Shown here in pieces: positions 8,978 to 19,279 of a stretch of 64,000 nt of DNA. Source of the DNA: an uncultured Candidatus Rokubacteria bacterium (GTDB taxonomy: Bacteria; Methylomirabilota; Methylomirabilia; Rokubacteriales; DASRDR01); the NCBI GenBank assembly GCA_963805625.1, contig CAWDVE010000024.1, forward strand, positions 1 through 64,000. Direction: 5' to 3'. The position numbers were made by a program, and so were the translations under genes. Each line of letters begins with the position of its first letter. Position 1 is the stretch's first letter. Under the pieces are notes generated by a model that searched no databases, was not told the origin of the DNA, and worked only from the letters and a program-made list of their open reading frames with translations.

Positions 8978-9826
8978 GTGGTTGACCTGCTGGTCCGCTA
9001 CCGGAAGTACTCGATCCTGGGGCTTGTCGTCGTGGCGGCCGTGGTGCTTCTCACCGCGCAGCAGACCCGTCCCGGCGAGGGACTCTGGCTCGCCGAGGGG
9101 ATCGCCGCCGTCACGGCCCCGGCGCAGATGGCGTTCGCGCGCGTCCACCGCGGCGCCGCCTCGCTCTGGGCCGGGTATCTCGACTGGAAACACCTCCGCA
9201 CCGAGGTGGCGCGATTGCGAGCCGAGACCGTCGCCCTCCGGCTCCGGCAGCTCCGCCAGGAAGCCCTGGAGGCCGAGAACCTGCGACTCCGGACCCTGGC
9301 GACCCTCCGCGAGCGGCTGCCCGAACGGACGCTGGGGGCGGACGTCGTGGCCCGGGACTGGAACGGGTTCACCCGGGGCCTCACGATCGACCGCGGGCGC
9401 GCCGATGGCGCGGAACGCCTCGCAGCAGTCATCGTGACGAGCGGGGTTGTCGGGCGAGTCGCGGTGCTTCGCCGCCAGTCCGCCATCGTGCAAGTCCTGA
9501 CGGATCCTGCGTCGAGCATCGGCGGCGTCGTGCTGCGGACGCGCGCCCAGGGACTCGTCGAGGGGGTTGCGGGCGGGCGGCTCCGGATCAAGCTGGCCGT
9601 GAGCGAGGAGGCCCTCCAGCCGGGCGATCTCGTGGTGACCTCGGGGATCGGGGAGCTCTTTCCCAAGGGGCTGCCACTCGGGCGGGTCCTGCGAGTCTAC
9701 TCCGCGACTGGGCTCTTCCGCACGGCCGAGCTCGAGCCCGCCGTCGATCTCACGAGCGTCGAGGAAGTCCTCGTGCTCCCACGCGGGACGAGCGGGGATC
9801 TTGCCCCGGCGTTCCCAGAGTCCTGA
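8978..9826 (+). CDS. mreC: Rod shape-determining protein MreC
   Basis: N-terminal TM, coiled coil with ENLRLR, GDLVVTSG...FPKGLPLG; synteny. Confidence 0.93.
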   Translation: MVDLLVRYRKYSILGLVVVAAVVLLTAQQTRPGEGLWLAEGIAAVTAPAQMAFARVHRGAASLWAGYLDWKHLRTEVARLRAETVALRLRQLRQEALEAENLRLRTLATLRERLPERTLGADVVARDWNGFTRGLTIDRGRADGAERLAAVIVTSGVVGRVAVLRRQSAIVQVLTDPASSIGGVVLRTRAQGLVEGVAGGRLRIKLAVSEEALQPGDLVVTSGIGELFPKGLPLGRVLRVYSATGLFRTAELEPAVDLTSVEEVLVLPRGTSGDLAPAFPES

Positions 9827-9829
9827 GCT

Positions 9830-10312
9830 GTGCGACTGCCCCTCTACGTGCTGGCCGTCAGCGGGGGGGCGCTCGTCCAGTGCACGGTCGTTCCGGTGGT
9901 GGGCGTGGGCGGCATCGTCCCCGACGTGCCAGTCGTGCTGACGGTGCTGCTGGCGCTCCGCTTTGGCGCCGAGGCGGGGTGCCTCACGGGCTTCGCGCTG
10001 GGCCTCGCGCAGGACGCGGTGGCCGGCGGACCGCTCGGTCTGCACGCTCTGTCCAAGGCGCTCCTCGGCTTCGTGGCCGGCGACCTGCCCCGCTGGGTCC
10101 TCGTCACGCGACCGATCGTCCCGGTCGGCCTTGCCGTCCTGGCCACGATCGTCGACGGCCTCGCGCGCTTCGCTCTGCTCCAGCTCTTCCACTATCCGGC
10201 GCCGCTCGGCGAGATCTTCACGCGAGTCATCGTTCCCCAGGCGGGGTATAACGGCATCCTGGCCGCCGCCGCGCTGGCCTGGCCCGCGGGCCGGCTGCTG
10301 TCGCGCGGATGA
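9830..10312 (+). CDS. mreD: Rod shape-determining protein MreD
   Basis: Hydrophobic; PD motif and GLAQDA..GGPLGLHAL; synteny. Confidence 0.9.
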   Translation: MRLPLYVLAVSGGALVQCTVVPVVGVGGIVPDVPVVLTVLLALRFGAEAGCLTGFALGLAQDAVAGGPLGLHALSKALLGFVAGDLPRWVLVTRPIVPVGLAVLATIVDGLARFALLQLFHYPAPLGEIFTRVIVPQAGYNGILAAAALAWPAGRLLSRG

Positions 10313-12114
10313 TCCGGCCCCGCGCCACGCCTGTTGCTCCGCGGCTCCGGCTGCGGCTCCTGGCCTCTGTGCTGGGTATCGGGTTCCTCCTGGTTGCCGG
10401 TCAGCTGGCGAATCTCCAGATCCTGAGCGGCGAGCGGCTGGCGGCGCTCTCGGACCGGAACCGGCTGCGGCTCCGACCCATAGCCGCTCCCCGGGGAATC
10501 CTGTTCGACCGGACAGGGCTTCCGCTGGTCGACAATCGGCCGGCCTTCACGCTGGTGGTGGTGCCCCGCGACGTCCCGGATCTCGGCGCGGTGGTCGAAC
10601 GGCTGGCACGACTGCTCGCGGTCTCCGAGACTGAGCTCCGAGACCGGCTGGCGCGTGTCTCGTCGGACTCGCCGTGGCCGATCCGGCTCGCGCGGGGGCT
10701 CACGCTCGAGGAGGTCGCCCGCGTGGAGGAGTGGCGGCTCGATCTGCCGGGCGTGACGGTCGAAGTGGAGCCCCAGCGCGCCTACCCGGGCGTCCGCTTC
10801 GCGGCCCACCTCCTCGGCTACGTTCGCGAGGTCTCGGATCAGGACCTCGGGCGGAACGGCGCGCGCCGGGGCGATCTCGTCGGGCAGACCGGCCTTGAGC
10901 GGCTCCACGACGAGCACCTGCGGGGCCGGGACGGGGGCGAGCAAGTCGAGGTGGACGCCTACGGGCGATTGATCCGGGTCCTCGACCGGCTGGAGCCCGT
11001 GCCCGGCGCGTACATGTGGACGACGATTGACCGGCGGATCCAGCAGGCGGCCGAGGATGCGCTCGGCGCGCGCGCGGGTGCGATCGTGGTCATGGATCCG
11101 CGCAACGGCGACGTGCTCGCCCTGGCCTCCCACCCGGCGTTCCCCGTCGAGCGGTTCGCGCGGCCGCTGGATCGCGAGACGTGGCTCGCGCTGGTGCAGG
11201 ATCCGGCGCGGCCGCTCTTGAACCGGGCGGTGCAGGGGATCTACCCACCAGGCTCGCTGTTCAAGATCATCGTCGCCGCCGCGGGCTTGCAGGCTCAGGT
11301 CATCACACCGTTCGACCGCCTGTCGTGCCCACGGCAGTGGATGTTCGGCGGGCGTCCGTATCACAACTGGGAGGACCACGACCGGGGGGCGCTCACCCTC
11401 CACGAGGCACTGCAGTTCTCCTGCAACACGTTCTTTTACCAGCTCGGCCTGAAGCTGGGACCCGAGAAGATCGCCCAGATGGCCGAGGCGTTCGGCCTCG
11501 GTCACGCGACGGACAGCGGGCTCATCGGGGAGCGGCCCGGGCTCGTGCCCTCGCCGGCCTGGAAGCGCGAGACGCTCAAGGATAAGTGGCACCCGGGCGA
11601 CACCGTGAGCCTGTCGATCGGCCAGGGCTTGATCACCGTCACACCGCTCCAGGTGGCGCGCATGATGGCGGCCGTCGCGAACGGCGGCACGCTCTGGAAG
11701 CCCCGTCTCGTCGACCGGGTCGCGACGGCGGACGGGCGCCTCATCCGCGAGGAGGCGGCCCAGATTCAGGGGCGCGTCGAGATGGCTCCGGTCATCTTCG
11801 ACTTCTTGCGCGAGGCCCTTGGTGCGGTCGTCGCGGAGGGCACGGGCAAGCAGGCCCGAGTGCCCGGCGTGGCCGTCGGCGGCAAGACCGGCACCGCACA
11901 GACCCACGAGTTCCGGAGCGACGCCGAGCGCAAGCGGCGGGACCAGGACCATGCGTGGTTCGCGGGCTTTGCCCCCCTCGAGGAGCCGCAGGTCGTCGTC
12001 GTCGTGTTCGCCGAGCGGGCGGGGCTCGGCGGCCAGGTGGCGGCGCCGATCGCGCGCGAGGTCCTCAAGGCCGTCTTCCTCGAGAAGGTCGCTCGCGCGG
12101 ATCTCCCGAGATGA
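10309..12114 (+). CDS. mrdA: Penicillin-binding protein 2
   Basis: APRGILFDR; catalytic motifs SxxK (GSLFK), SCN and KTGT. Confidence 0.95.
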   Translation: MIRPRATPVAPRLRLRLLASVLGIGFLLVAGQLANLQILSGERLAALSDRNRLRLRPIAAPRGILFDRTGLPLVDNRPAFTLVVVPRDVPDLGAVVERLARLLAVSETELRDRLARVSSDSPWPIRLARGLTLEEVARVEEWRLDLPGVTVEVEPQRAYPGVRFAAHLLGYVREVSDQDLGRNGARRGDLVGQTGLERLHDEHLRGRDGGEQVEVDAYGRLIRVLDRLEPVPGAYMWTTIDRRIQQAAEDALGARAGAIVVMDPRNGDVLALASHPAFPVERFARPLDRETWLALVQDPARPLLNRAVQGIYPPGSLFKIIVAAAGLQAQVITPFDRLSCPRQWMFGGRPYHNWEDHDRGALTLHEALQFSCNTFFYQLGLKLGPEKIAQMAEAFGLGHATDSGLIGERPGLVPSPAWKRETLKDKWHPGDTVSLSIGQGLITVTPLQVARMMAAVANGGTLWKPRLVDRVATADGRLIREEAAQIQGRVEMAPVIFDFLREALGAVVAEGTGKQARVPGVAVGGKTGTAQTHEFRSDAERKRRDQDHAWFAGFAPLEEPQVVVVVFAERAGLGGQVAAPIAREVLKAVFLEKVARADLPR

Positions 12115-12194
12115 GGTCGCTGCGCCCTCCTGCGCGTCCGACCGCCGGCGGGCCCTCCGACCCGTGCGGCGCGTCCCGCGGATGGGCCTGAGCC

Positions 12195-13271
12195 GTGCTG
12201 CGCGTCGATCGCCGCCTCCTGGTCCAGTTCGACTGGCAGCTCTTCGGCCTGGCCGCGCTCCTCATCGTCGCGGGGCTTGTGACGGTGTCGACGCTCGTGC
12301 CCCGCCTGGGTGCCCGGCAGCTGATCGCCCTCGGGATCGCGACGGTGGCCGCGATGGTCGTCGTCGCCGTCGACTATCGCACGCTGGCGCGCTGGGCCTG
12401 CTGGGCTTACGGCCTCGGCTTGCTGACCCTCATCGGCGTCCTGCTGGCCGGACGCTCCGCCCTCGGAGCGCGTCGCTGGATCGCGATGGGCCCGATCGGC
12501 GTTCAGCCGTCGGAGCTCTTCAAGCTCGCGTTCATCGGGACGCTCGCCGTGTACTTGGCGGCCCGGGGGTCGTATCGGCCCGGCTGGGACCGTGTGCTCA
12601 TCCCGCTGGCGCTGACGCTCCCGGCGGTCGGCCTGATCGTCAAGCAACCCGACCTCGGAACGGCTCTCACGCTTCTGCCGGTGGCGGCTGCTCTGATCAT
12701 CGTGGGCGGCGCCCGCTGGCGCCATCTCGGAATGCTCGCCGGCTGCGGCCTCGCGGTGCTGCCGGTCTTCTGGTTTCTCCTTCGCGACTACCAGCGCGAG
12801 CGGATCCTCGTGTACGTCGACCCGTCGCGGGATCCGCTCGGCAGCGCGTGGAACGTGATTCAGGCCAAGATCACCATCGGCTCCGGCCAGCTGGCGGGAA
12901 AGGGTCTCTTCGGAGGCACCCAGAGCCGCCTGGCCTTCCTGCCGGAGCGCCACACCGACTTCGTATTCGCCGCCTTCGCCGAATCGTGGGGGTTCCTCGG
13001 GGCCATTGGGTTGCTCATCGTGTACGTCCTGCTCGTGCTCCGCGGCTTCGAGGTCGCGGCGACCGCGCGGGACACGCTCGGCAGCCTGCTCGCCACCGGG
13101 GCCACTGTGCTCCTCGCTACCCAGGCGCTGATCAATCTGGGGATGGTGACGGGGCTTCTCCCGGTGGTGGGCATTCCCCTCCCCTTCGTCAGCTACGGCG
13201 GCTCGGCCCTCCTGACGGCGGTCGGCGCCGTCGCCCTGATTGCCAACGTGCGGATGCGTCGCTTCGCCTGA
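12195..13271 (+). CDS. rodA: Rod shape-determining protein RodA (SEDS glycosyltransferase)
   Basis: QPSELFK, QPDLGT, LPERHTDF, LPFVSYGGS. Confidence 0.95.
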   Translation: MLRVDRRLLVQFDWQLFGLAALLIVAGLVTVSTLVPRLGARQLIALGIATVAAMVVVAVDYRTLARWACWAYGLGLLTLIGVLLAGRSALGARRWIAMGPIGVQPSELFKLAFIGTLAVYLAARGSYRPGWDRVLIPLALTLPAVGLIVKQPDLGTALTLLPVAAALIIVGGARWRHLGMLAGCGLAVLPVFWFLLRDYQRERILVYVDPSRDPLGSAWNVIQAKITIGSGQLAGKGLFGGTQSRLAFLPERHTDFVFAAFAESWGFLGAIGLLIVYVLLVLRGFEVAATARDTLGSLLATGATVLLATQALINLGMVTGLLPVVGIPLPFVSYGGSALLTAVGAVALIANVRMRRFA

Positions 13272-13417
13272 GCCATGCCTCCCCGTCTCTGTCCGATCCG
13301 TCCCGCGGGATCCGGGCGCGATGGCCCTCGTCGGCCGATCGCGCGCCCGCGCGCGGAGCGGCCCGGGGGCCGGGATCGCCCGGGCGGACCTGGCGTCTCT
13401 GCGGGAGCCACCGACCT

Positions 13418-14983
13418 ATGGCACGCCACATCGTCGTCAACGCCGGAATCAGCGAGACCCGCGTCGCCGTCCTCGACGGGGGCGTCCTCACCGAGCTCTT
13501 CGTCGAGCGCCGCCGCCACCGGTCCATCGTCGGGAGTGTCTACAAGGGCGTCGTAACCAACGTCCTGCCCGGCATGCAGGCCGCGTTCGTGGACATCGGC
13601 CTGGCCAAGGACGCCTTCCTCTACGCCGGCGACTTCATCGCCAACCTCGGCGAGTACGAGCGGATGATGCTGGCCGAGGACGAGGAAGCGGATATCGAGC
13701 TCGACGGCGAGGACCCCGTCGTCAGCGCAGAGAATGGGGAGCGAAGCGAGGCGCCGCCCGAACGTGAGCGGCGGGCGATCACGCCCATCGAGGACGTGCT
13801 TCACAAGGGCCAGGAGATTCTGGTCCAGGTGTCCAAGGAATCGCTCGGCACCAAGGGCGCCCGGATCACGTCCTTCATCAGCCTGCCGGGCCGCTATCTC
13901 GTGTACATGCCCCAGGTGAACCACCTCGGCGTCTCGCGACGGATCCACGACGCGATGGAGCGCGACCGCCTGCGACAGCTCGTCCGGAGCCTGCGGCCAC
14001 CGGGGGGAGGCGGGTTCATCGTCCGCACCGTGGGTGAGGGGCGGGGGGAAGCGGAGTTCAACGCCGACATCCAGTTCCTCGTCCGGCTCTGGCAGCAGGT
14101 CCAGGCGCGGTTTGCCCAGGCCCCCCCGCGCTCGGCCCTCCACGAGGAGGGCGATCTCGTGTTCCGGGTCGTCCGGGACATGTTCGCCGCCGACATCGAG
14201 GAGATCCTGATCGATGGCGACGAGGAGTACCGCCGGGCGCTCGAGAACGCCGAGGCGCTCGTGCCCGCGCTCGCCCACCGCATCCACCTCCACGCCGAGC
14301 GGGAGTCGATCTTCGAGGCGCGCGGGATCGAGAAGGAGATCGAGAAGGCCATCCGGCGCCGCGTGTGGCTGAAGTCCGGCGGCTATCTGGTGATCGACCA
14401 TACCGAGGCGCTGGTGTCGATCGACGTGAACACGGGCAAGTACGTCGGCAAGCGCGACCTCGAGGAGACGATCCTCAAGATCAACCTCGAGGCCGTGGGC
14501 GAGATCGTGCGGCAGATCCGCCTGCGCGACCTGGGCGGGATTATCATCATCGACTTCATCGACATGGACACCCAGGAGCACCGCGGGCAGGTGTTCCGTG
14601 CGCTCAAGCGCGCGCTGGGGGACGACAAGTCTCGGACGAACGTGCTCGAGATCTCCGAGCTCGGCCTTGTGGAGATGACGCGGAAGCGCGTGCGGCAGAG
14701 TCTGCACTCGCTGCTCATGCAGTCCTGCCCGACCTGCAAGGGCACCGGGGTGGTGAAGTCGGCGCCCGCCCTGACGGCCGAGATCTACCGGAAGATCCAG
14801 GTCGCCACCCGGGACATCTCAGGGCAGGAGGTGCTGATCCGCGTGAATCCGGACCTGGCGGCCTATCTCCAAGAGGAGGAAGGGGAGGGGCTCGAGATCC
14901 TCCAGCGGCGGATCCAGCGGAAGGTCACCGTCCAGAGTGTCCAGGGGCTCCACAAGGACGAATACGAGATCATCACGCGCTGA
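13418..14983 (+). CDS. rng: Rne/Rng family ribonuclease (RNase G-like)
   Basis: YKGVVTNVLPGMQAAFVDIG, IDVNTGKYVG, GGIIIIDFIDM and CPTC Zn-link. The real start is ATG 13418. Confidence 0.93.
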   Translation: MARHIVVNAGISETRVAVLDGGVLTELFVERRRHRSIVGSVYKGVVTNVLPGMQAAFVDIGLAKDAFLYAGDFIANLGEYERMMLAEDEEADIELDGEDPVVSAENGERSEAPPERERRAITPIEDVLHKGQEILVQVSKESLGTKGARITSFISLPGRYLVYMPQVNHLGVSRRIHDAMERDRLRQLVRSLRPPGGGGFIVRTVGEGRGEAEFNADIQFLVRLWQQVQARFAQAPPRSALHEEGDLVFRVVRDMFAADIEEILIDGDEEYRRALENAEALVPALAHRIHLHAERESIFEARGIEKEIEKAIRRRVWLKSGGYLVIDHTEALVSIDVNTGKYVGKRDLEETILKINLEAVGEIVRQIRLRDLGGIIIIDFIDMDTQEHRGQVFRALKRALGDDKSRTNVLEISELGLVEMTRKRVRQSLHSLLMQSCPTCKGTGVVKSAPALTAEIYRKIQVATRDISGQEVLIRVNPDLAAYLQEEEGEGLEILQRRIQRKVTVQSVQGLHKDEYEIITR

Positions 14984-15069
14984 CGCCGGGCGACCGGCAC
15001 CCGGCCGGCTGCCCTAGTGCGCACCGCACAGCGGGCCGTAGGCGGCGGCGAGTGTGACCTGCGCCCCGG

Positions 15070-15440
15070 ACGGACGTCCTTCTCGAGCTCCTGTTTCAGC
15101 TGATCCTGGAGATCCTGGGGCAGATTCCCTTCGAGCTCGCCGCGGGACTGGGCTGGGAACCGCTCACGCAGTCGCTTCGGAAGGAGCGTAAAGCATCACC
15201 CCACTGCTGGCTGGCCTGGGGGATTTTCTGATAGGCCTGGGCGCGGGTGTTCTCAGCCTGCTGCCGCTCGGCCAGCGTGTGACGTCCATCTCCGGGAACC
15301 CGGCGTGGGGATGCACGGGCTCTGCGAGTTCTGGATTCCGTCCGGCATGGATCGTCCGGCGCTTCTTTCGTTTCACGCGGGAGCCATCTTCGCTTTCGGC
15401 ATGGCTCTCGTACGCTTCGTGTACCTGGCCCTTCGGTGGA
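15070..15440 (+). pseudogene. Possible frameshifted small membrane protein
   Basis: Hydrophobic coding-like segments (LELLFQLILEILGQ..., AIFAFGMALVRFVY) lie in different frames. Confidence 0.3.
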
Positions 15441-15558
15441 GGCCGTTCCAGATATTGCTGCGTCGGGTTGCGGTTAACCTCGGCAGGAGCGAGCGGCCCG
15501 GGACCTCCTGATCGCCGGCACGGGCCGAGCCGACCGGAGGAGAGGCGCTCCGCCCGTC

Positions 15559-15597
15559 AACTCGGCGCCGTCAGGGAACACCTGGCGGCGCCGAGTT
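15559..15597. terminator. Inverted-repeat hairpin, likely terminator
   Basis: AACTCGGCGCCGTCAGG-GAACA-CCTGGCGGCGCCGAGTT just downstream of the 16409-15612 gene. Confidence 0.6.
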
Positions 15598-15611
15598 CGG
15601 GGCTGAGCGGC

Positions 15612-16409
15612 TCAGGCCTGACCGTTTTTCTTGCCCTTGCCCTTGCCGTTGTTCTTGCCGTTGCCCTTGCCCTTGCCGTGGGCCGTGCGGAAGGCCTCGA
15701 TATCGGCATCGCTCACCCCGGCGTGACCGAGGCCGATCACGCTGGGATGGACGTTGAAGTGCTTGGCGATCCGTCCCCAGCCCCACCCGGACTCTCGGAG
15801 CTGCAGGACGGGGTCGGCCGACACGAGGCCGGCGGCCTTGGCGATGTTCAACAGGTGGGCCATCTGTGCGTCGTTCGCGAGGATGATCGTGGGATCGGTT
15901 TCCGTGGCCACCACGGTCACGGCGCCGACATTGACGAGTGATTCCGTCACGGTTCCGGTGATGGTGGCGGCGTCCCCCGCCCCGACGGTGAAGGAGTCGG
16001 GCGGGTCGACGGGTATGTTCTGGAGCGTGAGCGGGTCCTGGACCGTGATCGTGTACGTCCCGGGCACCACGTTCGAGAAGGTGAAGTTGCCACTCGCATC
16101 GGTCTGCACCGTGGCCGTCGCCCCGTCGTCCAGGCGCGTGAGGATCACGTTCACGCCCGCGACGGGCGCCGCCTCGGCGAGGCCGATACCGAGGGCCGTG
16201 CGGAGCACGACGACTACGACGGATTCGCCGCTGGCCGTCCGGCGATTCACGAGCTGGCCCTGGATGACGGCGCCCGAGCTCCCGCCTCCGCCCCCGCTAA
16301 AGCTGGACGGCCCGGTGTTCGAGCTGCTGCCGCCGCCACAGCCGGCGAGGACCGCTGTCAGAAGGCCCAGCCCACCCAAGAGTGCAGCGGCGGCCAGCCT
16401 CGTTCGCAT
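15612..16409 (-). CDS. Secreted lipoprotein with a carboxypeptidase-regulatory-like (CnaB-type) domain and Gly/Lys tail
   Basis: Lipobox LAGC; TDASGNFTFSNVVPGTYTITV; GWGWGRIAK motif; GKGKGNGKNNGKGKGKK tail. Confidence 0.75.
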   Translation of the reverse strand: MRTRLAAAALLGGLGLLTAVLAGCGGGSSSNTGPSSFSGGGGGSSGAVIQGQLVNRRTASGESVVVVVLRTALGIGLAEAAPVAGVNVILTRLDDGATATVQTDASGNFTFSNVVPGTYTITVQDPLTLQNIPVDPPDSFTVGAGDAATITGTVTESLVNVGAVTVVATETDPTIILANDAQMAHLLNIAKAAGLVSADPVLQLRESGWGWGRIAKHFNVHPSVIGLGHAGVSDADIEAFRTAHGKGKGNGKNNGKGKGKKNGQA

Positions 16410-16478
16410 GCCTTTCGCCCTCCTTGCTAGTTCCGTCGGGGGCTCGAGATGCCCGTCCGGTCGAGCTACCCGTCGGGC

Positions 16479-16494
16479 TGCAAGGCGGCTGCCG
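16479..16494 (-). promoter_or_regulatory. Putative sigma54 (-24/-12) promoter
   Basis: CGGCAGCCGCCTTGCA on the minus strand (GG-N10-GC); IHF-like TGTCAATAGGTTA at about 16546. Confidence 0.55.
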
Positions 16495-16683
16495 TCAAGG
16501 GCCCGGCACCCCGGCCCATCGGGATGCCGGCGTGGGCTCTTGGCTTGTCAATAGGTTAGGGGCCATTCGGCTCCCAGGGCCCCCAGGAATGCCTGCCTCG
16601 AGCCACCGGGTCCCGCGAGAGGAAATGCCCGCGCCGCCCGGTGAAATGCACTCGGCGAGGCTTGCTATACTGGCCCGGCTCGA

Positions 16684-17694
16684 ATGGCCAGTCCCCTCCC
16701 CCTCGGCAAGCTCCGCCCGGCCCTGCTCCGTGAGCTCTTGGCCCGGCATGCGATGCCCGATGCGCGGGTCGTCGTTGGGCCCCGGGTCGGCGAGGACGCG
16801 GCCGTGCTCGACATGGGCGACCGCTACCTGGTCGCCACGACGGATCCGATCACGTTCGTGACGGAGGACCTGGGCTGGTACGCCTTGGTGGTCAACGCCA
16901 ACGACCTCGCCGTGCGCGGGGCGGTTCCGCGCTGGTTCCTGGCTACGTGTCTGCTTCCCGAGGGGCGTACCACTGAGGCGGAGGTCACCACGCTCTTCGC
17001 GCAACTCGGTGCCGCGTGCCAGTCGCAGCGCGTGGTTCTCGTGGGCGGCCACACCGAGGTCACGCCTGGACTCGATCGGCCCATCGTGGTCGGCACCATG
17101 CTGGGGGAGGTCGACAAGGCGCGGCTCGTGACGACCGGCGGCGCCCGACCCGGGGATGTCCTCGTGCTGACGAAGGGGGTACCCGTCGAGGGGACCTCCA
17201 TCATCGCCCGGGCGCGGGCGGCCGAGCTCCGGGCCCGCGGCTACGACGACGCGTGGCTCGCCAGGGCTCACGGCATGCTGGCGCGACTCTCCGTCGTTCC
17301 CGAAGCGCTCCTGGCGGCCGATCTCGTTCCCGTCCACGCGATGCACGATCCGACGGAGGGCGGCGTCGCGACCGCGCTCTGGGAGATGGCCGATGCGGCG
17401 GAGGTCGGGCTTGCCGTGGAGGCGGAGCGGATCCCTGTGCTGGCCGAGGGGGCCGCGCTTTGCCGGGAGTTCGGGCTGGATCCGCTCGGCACCATCGCGT
17501 CGGGCGCGCTGCTTCTCGCGCTCGCGCCCACTGATGCGGGGATCGTCCTCCACGCGCTCGCCCGGGAGGGCATCGATGCGGCCTTCATCGGCCGGGTCAT
17601 TCCGCGCGAGGCGGGGGTCATCCTGACGCGCGGGGGTCAGCCGGGACCGCTGCCCCGCTTCGACCAGGACGAGATCACGCGCCTGTTCCTCTGA
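16684..17694 (+). CDS. AIR synthase-related protein (HypE/ThiL-like)
   Basis: GEDAAV, TDPIT, NANDLA, GGHTEVT, MHDPTEGG. Confidence 0.88.
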   Translation: MASPLPLGKLRPALLRELLARHAMPDARVVVGPRVGEDAAVLDMGDRYLVATTDPITFVTEDLGWYALVVNANDLAVRGAVPRWFLATCLLPEGRTTEAEVTTLFAQLGAACQSQRVVLVGGHTEVTPGLDRPIVVGTMLGEVDKARLVTTGGARPGDVLVLTKGVPVEGTSIIARARAAELRARGYDDAWLARAHGMLARLSVVPEALLAADLVPVHAMHDPTEGGVATALWEMADAAEVGLAVEAERIPVLAEGAALCREFGLDPLGTIASGALLLALAPTDAGIVLHALAREGIDAAFIGRVIPREAGVILTRGGQPGPLPRFDQDEITRLFL

Positions 17695-17789
17695 TCGAAT
17701 GGACACGTGGCGGCGCCATGCGTTCCGCCGGAAGGCCCATCCCCGGGACGGCGGTCTCGCGCTAGGGTAGGGGGAGAGGAGAACCGATC

Positions 17790-18407
17790 ATGAGCCTCCC
17801 CGTCCGCGACGTGATGGCTTCCGACCTCGTGACGGTGCGGCCTCACGAGACCGCCCGGCACGCCTACCGGCTGATGCGAGACCATCGGTTCCGGCACCTC
17901 CCGGTCGTCGAGGATGGCCGGCTCGTGGGCATCCTGTCCGACCGGGATCTCCGGCCGGTCCTGCTCTCTCCGGGGCTGGCCCGGGCGCGGGTCCGGGAGC
18001 TGATGAGCGAGGACCTCACCACCGTCGGTCCCGACGCTCCGCTCGAGGAGGCGGCCAGCCTGCTCGTGGTCAAGAAGATCGGGTGCCTGCCGGTGGTGGA
18101 GCAGGGCCGGCTGGTAGGCATCGTGACGAAGACCGACCTGCTCGCGGTGCTCGTCGAGCTGCTGGGGCTCTTAAGCCAGTCGACGCGCCTCGACGTGGGG
18201 GTCGCCGGTGGCCCGGACGCCTACGAGCGGATCGTCGAGATCATCCGCGCTCACGACGGCCGCATCATCAGCGTCGGCGCGGTCCCGGGCGCCGAGGGCA
18301 AGACGGTGTTCAGCGTGCGGCTCGAGCCGTGCGACACTCGCCCCATCGTCGAAGCCCTGCGGACGGCCGGCTTCGAGGTGCTCTCGCACCGCCGGGGCGG
18401 GGCATGA
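17790..18407 (+). CDS. CBS-pair plus ACT domain protein (AcuB-like)
   Basis: RHLPVV..GILSDRDL, IGCLPVV..GIVTKTDLL and an ACT-like C-terminus. Confidence 0.85.
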   Translation: MSLPVRDVMASDLVTVRPHETARHAYRLMRDHRFRHLPVVEDGRLVGILSDRDLRPVLLSPGLARARVRELMSEDLTTVGPDAPLEEAASLLVVKKIGCLPVVEQGRLVGIVTKTDLLAVLVELLGLLSQSTRLDVGVAGGPDAYERIVEIIRAHDGRIISVGAVPGAEGKTVFSVRLEPCDTRPIVEALRTAGFEVLSHRRGGA

Positions 18408-19279
18408 GGCTCCGGCGGGGTCTTCTCTTCGTTCCGGGCACCCGACCGGAGCGCGTCGCCAAGGCGGCGGCGATGGCCGTGGACGGTGTCATCCTCGATC
18501 TGGAGGATGCCGTCCCGCCCGCCCAGAAGGCACAGGCGCGGGAGTGGGTGGTCGCGGCGCTCCGCCGTGTGGACTTCGGCCCCCGCGAGCGCATTGTGCG
18601 CGTCAACGCCGCCGGCGCACCGGAGCACGCAGCGGACCTCGCCGCCGTGGTTCCGGTGGGACCCGATGCGCTGCTCCTGCCCAAGCTCGCCGATGCGGCG
18701 GAGGTCGGGCGCCTGGACGCGGAGGTCGGGCGCCTCGAGCGGTCAAGCGGGCGTCCGCCGGGAGGTATCCGCTTCCACCTCCTGGTCGAGACCGTCGCGG
18801 CCGTCGTCGGCCTCGACGCGCTGGCCCGCGCCGTCCCGCGGGCGGCGGCCCTCTTCTACGGGGCGGGGGACCTGGCGCGCGAGACACGCGCGCGGCTCGT
18901 GGCCGGCCGGCTGACCGAGCTCTACACGATGAGCCGCGTCGTCCTCATCGCGCGCGCCACCGGTCTGGATGCCATCGACTCTCCCTGCTTCGATCTCGGG
19001 CAGCCCGACCGGCTTGAGAGCCACACGCGCATCGGCGCCGATCTCGGCTTCGACGGCAAGGCCCTCATCCACCCGAGCCAGATCGAGGTCGCGAACCGCT
19101 GCTTCACGCCGTCCCCCGAGGCCGTGGCCGAAGCGCGGCGGGTGCTCGCCGCTTACGAGGAGGCGGAGGGTGGCGGGCGCGGCGCCCTCGCTCTCGAGGG
19201 GCAGTTCGTCGACGCAGTCCACGTCCACATGGCCCGAGAGACGCTGGCGCGCGCGCAGCTCGCCGGGGTCCTCGCATGA
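18404..19279 (+). CDS. CitE-like CoA-ester lyase (HpcH/HpaI family)
   Basis: LFVPG, LDLEDAV, VRVN, GFDGKALIHPSQI. Confidence 0.88.
   Translation: MRLRRGLLFVPGTRPERVAKAAAMAVDGVILDLEDAVPPAQKAQAREWVVAALRRVDFGPRERIVRVNAAGAPEHAADLAAVVPVGPDALLLPKLADAAEVGRLDAEVGRLERSSGRPPGGIRFHLLVETVAAVVGLDALARAVPRAAALFYGAGDLARETRARLVAGRLTELYTMSRVVLIARATGLDAIDSPCFDLGQPDRLESHTRIGADLGFDGKALIHPSQIEVANRCFTPSPEAVAEARRVLAAYEEAEGGGRGALALEGQFVDAVHVHMARETLARAQLAGVLA

Noticed and set aside
11819-13417. 1054-aa giant RNase E/G ORF
   Set aside because: The upstream part is a shadow frame over mrdA/rodA; homology starts at ATG 13418.
15625-15680. Short tandem repeats (CCCTTG)n as CRISPR or VNTR
   Set aside because: They encode the Gly-Lys tail of the lipoprotein. 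No repeat-spacer array was seen anywhere in the window.
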